From Thermoanaerobaculaceae bacterium (lineage in GTDB: Bacteria; Acidobacteriota; Thermoanaerobaculia; Multivoradales; UBA5704), in contig CAVZUZ010000012.1 in NCBI GenBank assembly GCA_963778565.1, forward strand, positions 1,400,827 through 1,464,826: a DNA stretch of 64,000 bases, in the 5' to 3' direction. Shown here piece by piece: positions 31,210-39,539 of this stretch (the stretch's first letter is position 1; each line of letters begins with the position of its first letter). Position numbers and translations under genes: made by a program. The notes under the pieces were generated by a model that searched no databases, was not told the origin of the DNA, and saw only the letters and a list, made by a program, of their open reading frames with translations.

Positions 31210-32309
31210 TCAGCACGGTGACCTCCCAAGGTTCGCGAAGAATTCTGCCACCGTCGAGAAGGGCTCCTCGCACAGCTCGTGCTCCTGCCTGTGCTCCTGG
31301 ATGCCGCGATACCCCGTACAGGCCCGGCACACATCGCTGAAGCGCGCCTCGCAGTGGCTGAGCAGCAGGTCGATATAGCGGTCGTTGTCGAGGGAATAGA
31401 TCTGCTCGAACCGTTCTCGCGAGAGGTCGCCGATGACCATCGTGGCGTTGCCGTCGTCGGCGTAGCACGCATTCAACCGGCCATCGGGCAGCACCGTGTG
31501 CTTGTGAAACAGAAAGGCGCAGGGAATGCTTCCTTTGCTCGTCTGTGGCTTTAAATGGATGTCGAGCGAACGCAGGTCGCCGGACGTGATGAGACCGCCC
31601 CAATTCGAAAACCGGTCATGTGGGATTCGCACTCGAACCCGGCGTTGCTCGAGGTCCTCGAGCAGCTCGCGCAGACGGGGATGGCAGTCTTCCGGGCGAA
31701 AGGACGCGGCGGTCCGCAAACGCACTTCGACCCGCGCGGCCACGTCGGGCCAGTCGCTCAGCGATTCGAGATTTCGCAAGACGGTGTGGAAAAGCTCCGG
31801 CCGAGCCCGAGTGATCGCCGCGAACGTGTCCTCGTCGTGTCCGTAGACGCTGACCGACAGCCAACCCAGCTTCGTGAGCCGCCTGAGACGATCGCGGGCA
31901 GGCCGCGACAGCACGGTCAGGTTGGTACAGAATGAAAAGCCGGCTACGCCTCGGTGCCGCTCCAGGAGCGCTCGAGCTTGTCCAGAAACCGCGGGTCGAT
32001 GAACGCCTCGCCCAGGATGGGTGTCAGGCCGAACCGCGTGAATCCGTACTCGCAGGCCTTGTCCACAACCTCTGCGAAGAGCGCGTCGGGCATGATCTGA
32101 CGCGGGATGGACGTCTTCGGATACGCACAGAAGCGGCATTTCAAATTGCAGATCGTCGAAGGCGTGATGTACAGGCGTTCGGTCAGGCTCGGCACGCGCA
32201 GTTGGCTTACGTGGGCGATTCGGCGCAGGATGCGCGCGAGCTTGTCGTCGCGCGAGGCGGGTACGTCGGCGAGCCGAGCCTGAGAACCGTCAACCATCAG
32301 TCGTCTCAC
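31210..32309 (-). CDS. radical SAM domain protein (rSAM-5), apparent frameshift near 31975
   Basis: ORF 31944..32309 gives ITPSTICNLKCRFCAY (CxxxCxxC) ...AEVVDKACEYGFTRFGLTPILGEAFIDPRFLDKLERS then stops; ORF 31210..32139 frame continues ...LLERHRGVAGFSFCTNLTVLSRPARDRL... ; the two overlap in an LERS/LERH window consistent with a 1-nt indel. Confidence 0.65.
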
Positions 32310-32398
32310 CCCATGCGGGACGAGCGCTGATCCTAGCGTCGCCGCACGGCCTTGTCAAAGCGGCGGCGCTGGCCCGGAACCGTGAATGAACCTTCGCC

Positions 32399-34370
32399 CT
32401 AGAAGCTCATCTCCAGCTTCACGCTCCGCAGCGTGCCCTTGTCCAGCTTCTCCTTGTCCTGCACTTTCAGGGTCCAGGTGCCCTTCGGGGCCTTGCCGAC
32501 GAGCGTCAGGAGGCCGGGAGCATTGATGGCGTCGTAGGTCTTCTTGATGTTGTCCGTGCCGCCCCCCTGCCGGTTGTGGAGGATGACCGGCGCCACTCCC
32601 GTGGCGGCGGGCGGAAGCAAGCTGACCACGAGATCGCCGATGTAGGTGTGCTCGATGTCCACCGTCACCTTGATCGCTTTCAGCGGCGAGGTCTCGGGTA
32701 CCTGCACGGCGAGCTGAGCCGTCCCGAGATCGGGGATCGGCACGTCCTGGACCGTCGAGTGGACCACGACGGCTTGGGGTTGAGCGGGCAGGGCGAGATC
32801 CACGGCCTTTTTCGCATCCAGCCGTCCATAGCCGTACCAGGCGCTGTGGCCGCCGGCGTCGTACTTACCGTTCGCCGGGTCGATCTGCTCGCAGCACCGC
32901 TTGAGGATGTCTTTCACCTCGTCGTGCCGCAGCTCGGGATTCCGGGAGAGGACGAGCGCGGCCACTCCCGCCGCTCCGGGACAGGCGCTCGAGGTGCCGC
33001 CGAAGTTGTTGGTGTAGTTGCCCTTGACGTCGCCGAGAGACTCCCGGCCCGAGTTGTAACCCGGCGCGCCGCTGCGGTCGGTCGTGAAGATGCCCGGCGT
33101 CTGCGCTTGGATCGAGTCGTTGCTGGGAAAGGCGCACCAGTTCGCCTTGCCGAAGTCGCTGTAGGCGCTCTTCCTGCCCGCATCGTTGCAGGCCGCGACG
33201 GCGACCACCCCGGGGTGGCTGGCATAGCCGTCGTTGTCGACGCTCTCGTTGCCGTTGCCGGCCGCCCAGGTGATGACGCAGCCGCGCCCGTTGCGCCCAT
33301 GGGTGAGGGCGTGCTCGATCGCCAGACGGGTGGAGTCGGGCAGCGGGACCTTCCTGGTGTGCACGGGATCCTGCGGGTCGAACCACTTGCCGTCCTGCGG
33401 CCCCCAACTACAGGAGATGACGTCGGCGCCGTGATCGGCGGCCCACTCGAAGGCGTCCGCCTCTTCCAGCGAGCCCAGATCCGAAACCAGGCGAATCGGC
33501 ATGAGCTTCGCCGCCGGGGCTACCCCGGAGGCGCCGAACTTCCCGTCGGCCGCGGCGACTCCGGCGCAGGAGGTGCCGTGATTGTCACCTTGCCCCGGGC
33601 GCGGATCGTCCGTGCCGAACGACGCGTCGCGCTTGGCCACGATCTTGCCGGGCGAGCTGAATTCTTCATGGTCGATGTCGACGCCGTCGTCGATCACCGC
33701 GATCGTGGTCCCCTCGCCCCGCGTGACGGCCCACGCCGCCTCGACCTTGGCGTGCGCGTCGATGGACTTCCCCCCCACCGTCATCTTCTTGAGGTGCCAC
33801 TGTCCAGGAAAGGCGGCGCGGCGGCGAACCTCGCGCACCAGCTCGGCGTGGCAGAGGCTCGACGGTGGCCTCGTCCAGCAGCCGCTGGGCGATCTTGAAC
33901 ACCTCCTGGCCGGTGTCTTCCGGGGCGGAGACGAAGTAGGCGTTGCGGGCATACGGCAGGGGGCGCCTCACCTCCAGCCCGTAGCCCTTGAGGAGCCGCG
34001 TGCACGCCGACGGGCTCTGGTCGTCGTAAAACTTCACGAAGAAGTTCTCCGTGTAGACGACCGGCTCTTCCGAGGCCCTGTCCAGCAGCACCCGGCCGGC
34101 GAACTTGATCGCCGGCTCCTTCTTCAGGACGGCGCGGGCCTCGTCGCGCAAGGCACGGACCCCTTTGCGCGCCGTCGTGCACAGCACCTCCACTCCGGCT
34201 CGCTTGAACCTCGCCACCGTCTCGAACTGATCGACGACATTGCGGGCCGCGAGGGAGAGCGGCTCCAGTCGCAGATCGGCGGAGTCGGCCGTGCGCACCA
34301 CCAGGTGCTCGTCGCTCTCCACCAGAGTCAGCTTCGTGCCACCTTTGCCGCCGTAGGTCACCGTGAACAT
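32399..34370 (-). CDS. subtilisin-like S8 serine peptidase with N-terminal pro-domain and C-terminal proprotein-convertase P-domain, apparent frameshift near 33855
   Basis: catalytic motifs AVIDDGVD (Asp), NHGTSCAGVAAA (His), GGTSSACPGAAGVAAL (Ser); C-terminal HTYIGDLVVSL...GTWTLKV P-domain; N-terminal region is in ORF 33666..34409 frame (MFTVTYGG... with AGGAGAGG RBS) and joins the main frame at ...LLDEATVEP/LCHAELV. Confidence 0.75.
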
Positions 34371-34411
34371 CGTAGACTGCCTCTCCTGGGAAAGCTTGGT
34401 AGACTCCACGT

Positions 34412-34906
34412 ATGCCGGAGCCCGGGGGTTTTCCTAATTATCCGCGTCAACTCTCACAAAGTCAAAAGCAGGACGGGAAACCGTTCCGTTTGCAGGAGGA
34501 TACCTACGCGGTGCACGGGCGCGAGCCGGGCTCACCGCCGAAGGACGCTTTGTTCACGCTGAAGGGAGGAGACATCGCGGTCCATCGCGGCGACCCCGCG
34601 GCAGCGGCGGCGAAAGGGCGGCAGGTCGGACCCGTGTACGCGCTCCCGGAAGGTCCCCTCGCCGTGCCAACCGGCCTGCTGTTCATACGCTTCAAGGAGG
34701 GCACTGCCGCCGCGGAGCGCCGGGGGGAGATCGAGCGGAGCGGCTACGAGATCGTCAAGATCCCGGGCTATGCACCCCACGCCGCCTGGGTCCGCTCGCG
34801 CGACGGCGACATCGCTTCCTCTCTCCGGGACATGCGATCCCTGGCGTCGCTGCGCGGCGTCGAGAACGTCGAGCCGCAGATGCTGATGGAGAGCGTCAAG
34901 CGCTAG
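34412..34906 (+). CDS. stand-alone subtilase-propeptide-like protein (paralog of the S8 pro-domain; possible inhibitor/chaperone)
   Basis: 164-aa ORF divergent from the S8 gene; its sequence (LFIRFKEGTAAAERRGEIERSGYEIVKIPGYAPHAAWV...) aligns in pattern with the S8 N-terminal pro-region (FFVKFYDDQSPSACTRLLKGYGLEVRRPLPYARNAYFV). Confidence 0.4.
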   Translation: MPEPGGFPNYPRQLSQSQKQDGKPFRLQEDTYAVHGREPGSPPKDALFTLKGGDIAVHRGDPAAAAAKGRQVGPVYALPEGPLAVPTGLLFIRFKEGTAAAERRGEIERSGYEIVKIPGYAPHAAWVRSRDGDIASSLRDMRSLASLRGVENVEPQMLMESVKR

Positions 34907-35093
34907 GGCCGCCTCGGCGCGCCGGCAACCAGGAGCAGGCACTGCCGCCGGCAGGCGCCGGTTTCCTCTACGGAGACGAGGGGGGCAGGGGTTCGGAGAG
35001 GCTCCAGCGAGGCGGCCGGAGACGCCTTATACGGGGTTTTCAGAGGCTCCCCTTTTCTGCTCAGTGCCCCCCGTTCCTCTCCTAGGCCGACAC

Positions 35094-35447
35094 TCATCGT
35101 CGTTGTGACGTGACCTTGGACAAGATTTCGAGCATGATCGCCCCCGGTATTACACCGGCCATATCCCGAATGTCCGTTTGGCGAATACGCGCTACCCAAG
35201 TGCAGACGGCAGCGCACTTGCGGTTGAGCCCAGTCCGCGGATGCCCTTGGGCTTGCCACGGCAGCAACACATGGTCATGGGGCAATGGCTCGGGTACGCG
35301 GCTCGTCACCGCGATGACATCCAGCGGCGCAAAGGGAGTGATTCGGTCGCTCGGAGTGACAATCACCACCGGGCGCAGCTTGGGGATACCGTTCGCGTCC
35401 GCAATTTCCGCCCAGACAATGCGACCGAGCTGGAGTCGCTCAGCCAT
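35094..35447 (-). CDS. type II toxin-antitoxin system PemK/MazF-family toxin
   Basis: GRIVWAEIADANGIPKLRPVVIVTPSD...VIAVTSR is the MazF/PemK signature; start taken at MAERLQ (ATG 35447). Confidence 0.7.
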   Translation of the reverse strand: MAERLQLGRIVWAEIADANGIPKLRPVVIVTPSDRITPFAPLDVIAVTSRVPEPLPHDHVLLPWQAQGHPRTGLNRKCAAVCTWVARIRQTDIRDMAGVIPGAIMLEILSKVTSQRR

Positions 35448-35464
35448 ACCCGTCCAGTGTGGTC

Positions 35465-35758
35465 TCAGAACGGCTTGGGCTCCTCCCCTTCGAACCATTG
35501 CTGGGAAGGAGGGGAGTCTTGGGCCATCTTCGCCCAGTCGATCTGGGACGCGCGCTGCTCGGCCTCCTGCTGAGCCAGGAGATCTCGGAACAGTCTCAAA
35601 TCTTCCACTGGAATAACGGCGGCTACATCCCGCCCACCCCGCCGGACGATCACAGGATGATGCGTAGCGGCCACCCGACTCACCAAGCCTCGATAGTCCT
35701 GGACCTCCTGCGGCTCATCCACGAGGTCCGGTTCACTGAGAAGCGTATGTCTGACCAT
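35465..35758 (-). CDS. antitoxin (Phd/YefM-like or similar) of the MazF module
   Basis: 97-aa ORF immediately upstream of toxin; HHPVIVRRGGRDVAAVIPVEDLRLF typical of small antitoxins. Confidence 0.6.
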   Translation of the reverse strand: MVRHTLLSEPDLVDEPQEVQDYRGLVSRVAATHHPVIVRRGGRDVAAVIPVEDLRLFRDLLAQQEAEQRASQIDWAKMAQDSPPSQQWFEGEEPKPF

Positions 35759-35840
35759 ACCAACAAACTCCTAACAAGGACGAAGGCCACCTCGTGCCTA
35801 TGCGCACCGGCTGATCATAGCAGCTTCGGCCAGTCTCTAC

Positions 35841-35885
35841 GACTGCCTGTGCTACCATCCCTCGCGTAACTGCTCCTCCGGGGAG
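35841..35885 (+). repeat. 42-45-bp direct repeat copy 1 (putative duplicated promoter/operator)
   Basis: gactgcctgtgctaccatccctcgcgtaactgctcctccggggag vs copy 2 at 36165..36206 gactgccgtgctatcatcctcgcgtaactgctccggggag. Confidence 0.7.
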
Positions 35886-36164
35886 CTCAGCCGAACCCGG
35901 AGCCGTTTCCACACAGGCTGTAGCGAGTGTATGCTCGGGAAGCCTTCAGACCATCCTGCGGGCTCAGAAGAAGGCGACCGAGGGCGCCTTGCCCGCGGTT
36001 TGCGCAGTCTCCCAAGGGCTGCTCGGCTGGGCACCTATTCCGGCCATCGATGCCTGGTGCGCTGCGAGTCTGGGCTGCCTTCGGCGACAGCCACCGCGCG
36101 GTCGCCGAGCTGCTGAAGCAGCACGGCATCGGCTGCATCTGCTGAGCGGCAAGCTCCGGCTCCG

Positions 36165-36206
36165 CCGACTGCCGTGCTATCATCCTCGCGTAACTGCTCC
36201 GGGGAG
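36165..36206 (+). repeat. direct repeat copy 2, immediately upstream of the RBS/start of gene 36217
   Basis: see copy 1; ends in GGGGAGG Shine-Dalgarno of the downstream gene. Confidence 0.7.
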
Positions 36207-36216
36207 GATTCGAGCT

Positions 36217-36546
36217 ATGACGCCACTCTTGGAACGTGCGATTGAAGAGATACAGAAGCTCTCCACCCCTGAGCAGGATGCCATCGCGGGTGTCATTCTG
36301 GACGAATTGGCCGACGAAGAGCGCTGGGACGAGGCATTCACGCGCTCGCAGGAGCAACTTGGCCGGCTGGCAGCCAAGGCCCGGGAGGACATCCGTGCAG
36401 GTAAGGTCAGGGACACGCCGGTGGAAGATCCATCCAATCAACCATCTGCCAATGTGAATGGGCTGCTCCAGTATGTATTAAGGGTCAAGCCAACATTCCA
36501 TCCTGTACCCTCGCAGATACGAATCTGGTACTCGGGATTAAAGTAG
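36217..36546 (+). CDS. putative addiction-module antitoxin component (TIGR02574-like) with aberrant low-GC C-terminal extension
   Basis: MTPLLERAIEEIQKLSTPEQDAIAGVILDELADEERWDEAFTRSQEQLGRLAAKAREDIRAGKV matches the putative addiction module component pattern; the last 35 codons have low GC3 and overlap the convergent gene 36438..37193. Confidence 0.5.
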   Translation: MTPLLERAIEEIQKLSTPEQDAIAGVILDELADEERWDEAFTRSQEQLGRLAAKAREDIRAGKVRDTPVEDPSNQPSANVNGLLQYVLRVKPTFHPVPSQIRIWYSGLK

Positions 36547-37193
36547 TCAAACGTCTTGGGTCCAGCCCGATCTGCCAAGCACTCGAATATGCTGTGTGAG
36601 GCCAGCGGATGGGGGGGCGCAGGCTTCAGAGCGCGAAACTCAAGAGCGCTCTTTGCTCGATAATGGCTCAACAACCTTTGACACTCTGCCGACTTCACGT
36701 AACCTTGTTCGCTGCTGGCATGAAGGTAAGCCGCGATAGTCTTGAGTATCCGCGGCAGTGCGTAGCGGTCTAAACGCTGCTCAACTTCTGCATCAATGAA
36801 GCCGTCCTTGCCGCGCACCTTACGAAGTAGGGCCTTACCGAGCATCAGGAGAGTCGTAGCGGGCATTTTCATTGCCCCATCCTGGAGCACGACGTGATAG
36901 AGGTAACTGAGGAGTGCAACGTCGAAAGTAATACGAGCTGCAGCGTAGTCTTTTCGGCCGGGTCGTGATCCGACTTCGCTGAGCATAACCGAAATAAAGC
37001 GATTCGTAAAGCGGCGCACGCGTAGATGCACAATCGTACTCGCCAAGGGATGCGTGAGGGCCTCGGCTCCGAGTGAGATCGCATCGAATGGAAATGTGGT
37101 TCCAGCGTTCTCACCCGACGACTTGATGCCTTCGGCCGAGAGCGCGTGGATCCGCTTCAATTCGCGTTGGAATGCGTCGAAAGGGCCTTGCAT
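36438..37193 (-). CDS. hypothetical protein (low-GC island)
   Basis: 251-aa ORF in a roughly 52% GC segment; protein-like composition; no recognisable motif. Confidence 0.45.
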   Translation of the reverse strand: MQGPFDAFQRELKRIHALSAEGIKSSGENAGTTFPFDAISLGAEALTHPLASTIVHLRVRRFTNRFISVMLSEVGSRPGRKDYAAARITFDVALLSYLYHVVLQDGAMKMPATTLLMLGKALLRKVRGKDGFIDAEVEQRLDRYALPRILKTIAAYLHASSEQGYVKSAECQRLLSHYRAKSALEFRALKPAPPHPLASHSIFECLADRAGPKTFDYFNPEYQIRICEGTGWNVGLTLNTYWSSPFTLADG

Positions 37194-37590
37194 TTGGCGT
37201 ACGCCGAACCTAAAAGCGTCGATCCGAAGTCCTCTTGCACGGCGTCCCGAGATCCCCAGGCGGTGCCTGGGAGCCCGAGCTGCGTCTCGGTGCCAGCGGT
37301 TTCGCGCCTGCCATTATACCGCAGAGGCTTCGCGAGCGACACGCCTCCCGATCCCCGGTGTCGCCTGTAGGAATCCAGGTGCCTCGGGAGCGGTCGTCCG
37401 CCGAGAAAGGGATCCGCTCGGCGCATGTTCCATTCTTGACGCGGCTACGCAATCGGACTAGGCTTCTTCCAGGATTCGGTCTTCCAGCCGGCTGCGTTCG
37501 ACGCCGCCTTTCCGCACGCGGAGGGCTCGCCGGCAATTAGTGTTGCCGTTGGGCGGACGCGTCAGCACAGCGATCTCCTGGGAGGGGCGA

Positions 37591-38448
37591 ATGCAGAAAT
37601 CCGGGCTGATTCCAGTATCAACTGCGTGGCGTCGGGGTTTGTTGACCTTCGTCTTCGGCTCGCTCATTTGCTACGGGATTGGTGTCGCTATCGGCTATCA
37701 CTCGGGCGAGGTTGGAGGCTACCTGAGCAGTGATCTGAGCGATCGACTGGCTCCATACCTCATTCCAGTGTGGTTTTTGGTATTTTGGCTTGGCGGCGCA
37801 GTGCTGGCGGGACTGGCGGCGAAGCGGCAAGGACGCCGAGCATGGAGGTGGCTGGTTGGGTCCTTGTTTCTGTTGTTCCTTCCGCACCTTGTTCTTTCCT
37901 CGCGGCGATTTCGTGATTTCCTGGTGACGACTGTCGTCGGCTACGCCGTTGGATTCCTGATACTCTGGACGTTTGATCGGTACACCCCAACGAGCCTGCA
38001 GGAAAGGCTTGACATTGCGTGGGCACCCTACTTGAGCGAGCTTTCCCGGATTCCTCAAGCTTCGATCGACGGCTCAGGAAGACCCTACATTCAGGGTAGA
38101 GCGATCGTCATCGAAAATGGTCACGTCAAGCAAGCCCTTCATTCCGACATCCGTGCAATCCGACCCGAGGACGTTCAAACGGTCATTCTCCTGGATAAGA
38201 CGGCAACGGTTGGTACCTACGGAAACACGCCATACCTTGGTGTATCGAGCACTTCGAGCATTACGATCATCGACCGTCTCCTGGGCCGCGTGGTGGCTCG
38301 AAAATCATTTTCTACAGAAGCCCCATCGTCGATCACCGTCAACTCGCGTGGCAAGAGGGTTGGCTTGGCGAGCTCTCGCTCCCATACGGTCGGTGAAGAT
38401 AGTTGGTTCGAGGCATCGGCATGGATTCATGATCTCCCTCGGAGATGA
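37591..38448 (+). CDS. hypothetical membrane protein (low-GC island)
   Basis: ATG 37591 preceded by GGGAGGGG; 4 predicted TM helices followed by a roughly 150-aa soluble domain. Confidence 0.5.
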   Translation: MQKSGLIPVSTAWRRGLLTFVFGSLICYGIGVAIGYHSGEVGGYLSSDLSDRLAPYLIPVWFLVFWLGGAVLAGLAAKRQGRRAWRWLVGSLFLLFLPHLVLSSRRFRDFLVTTVVGYAVGFLILWTFDRYTPTSLQERLDIAWAPYLSELSRIPQASIDGSGRPYIQGRAIVIENGHVKQALHSDIRAIRPEDVQTVILLDKTATVGTYGNTPYLGVSSTSSITIIDRLLGRVVARKSFSTEAPSSITVNSRGKRVGLASSRSHTVGEDSWFEASAWIHDLPRR

Positions 38449-38967
38449 GCGCTCGCGGCCGATCGGGCGGCAGTATGTGTGGCGGGCGAAGGCGGTCAGC
38501 CGCGGTTTGGTCTTTATGCAGAAGGTGACTGGCGCGACCCGTGAGCACTTCGCAATAGATCTATGGTTTTGCCGTCTCGATTCAAGTCATCCTTCGCCCT
38601 TCGGCCAAGCCTTCTCAACCATGCTACTATTCAAGCAAGGGCTGACCGACGAGCCCGGTCGCTCCAGCGAACGCCGTCAAAGTCCTGAGCAGGGGTAGGA
38701 GCGACCCTACGGGGGCGCCCTGCAGAAGAGGTGCTCCGGCCGGCTGTGACGGATGCCCTGGGGTGAGGTATTGAGACGGGTGTCTTTCTCCAGCGGCTGC
38801 GCTATACTTGCCCGCGCGAAACCGCTGGAAGCAGGCCGAACGTGCGACGGGGTAGAGGGTCCCGTCTTCAGGGGGTCCCGTTCAGGGCTTGGCCGGCGGC
38901 TTCACGGACACATCCTTTTGTAGTTGTTTTCCTGCGACCGCCGCAAACGCGAAAGGAGACGGCTTCC

Positions 38968-39360
38968 ATGCGAAAGATCGTCATCGCCTCGGCTTGGTGG
39001 AACATTGGGCTCGGCGCCATCCTGCTGTGCCCGGCGCTGGACCGGGCCATCTTGTTGTGGCTCCCGAATCCCTTCTGGGGCTACCTGTTGTGCGCCTTCC
39101 TGTGGTTCACGTCGGTCACCCTGTTCCTGGCCGCGCGGAACCTGCAGAGCCGCGGCTCGTTCGTCTACTGGGAGGCCTTTCTGCGTTTCGCCGCCGCCTT
39201 CCTGATGCTGACGCTCGGACCGGAGCAGATCGGGCCGTGGGCGTATTTCGTCGGCATCACCGACTTCCTCTGGGGCCTGAGCTATGTGATCGGGCTGCCC
39301 CGCTATCTGCACACCACGCACCGCGCGCTGCTGTGCGACGAGGCCGCCGGCGGGAGCTGA
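38968..39360 (+). CDS. small integral membrane protein
   Basis: ATG 38968 with AAAGGAGA RBS; 130 aa, 4 hydrophobic helices. Confidence 0.55.
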   Translation: MRKIVIASAWWNIGLGAILLCPALDRAILLWLPNPFWGYLLCAFLWFTSVTLFLAARNLQSRGSFVYWEAFLRFAAAFLMLTLGPEQIGPWAYFVGITDFLWGLSYVIGLPRYLHTTHRALLCDEAAGGS

Positions 39361-39381
39361 CGGGGACAGTTTACAGATCGC

Positions 39382-39409
39382 TTGACTTCGCCCTGGCTTA
39401 CGGTAGAAT
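39382..39409 (+). promoter_or_regulatory. sigma-70-like promoter TTGACT-16-TAGAAT upstream of the di-heme cytochrome gene array
   Basis: TTGACT 39382..39387, 16-nt spacer, TAGAAT 39404..39409. Confidence 0.45.
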
Positions 39410-39539
39410 CCCGTCTACCGGAGTCAGCATGAGATCTCTGAGAGTCTCCCGCGAAGGGCCACGATGCTCGGTCGTGGCGCGGTCCCGGTTTATTCGTAAG
39501 AGCCGGGGTCGCTCGCCCGCTCCGGAGGGTTGGCAGGCT

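Noticed and set aside
35927-36145. 72-aa ORF between the two direct repeats
   Set aside because: It has no RBS, an R/P-rich composition, and lies in apparent non-coding debris.
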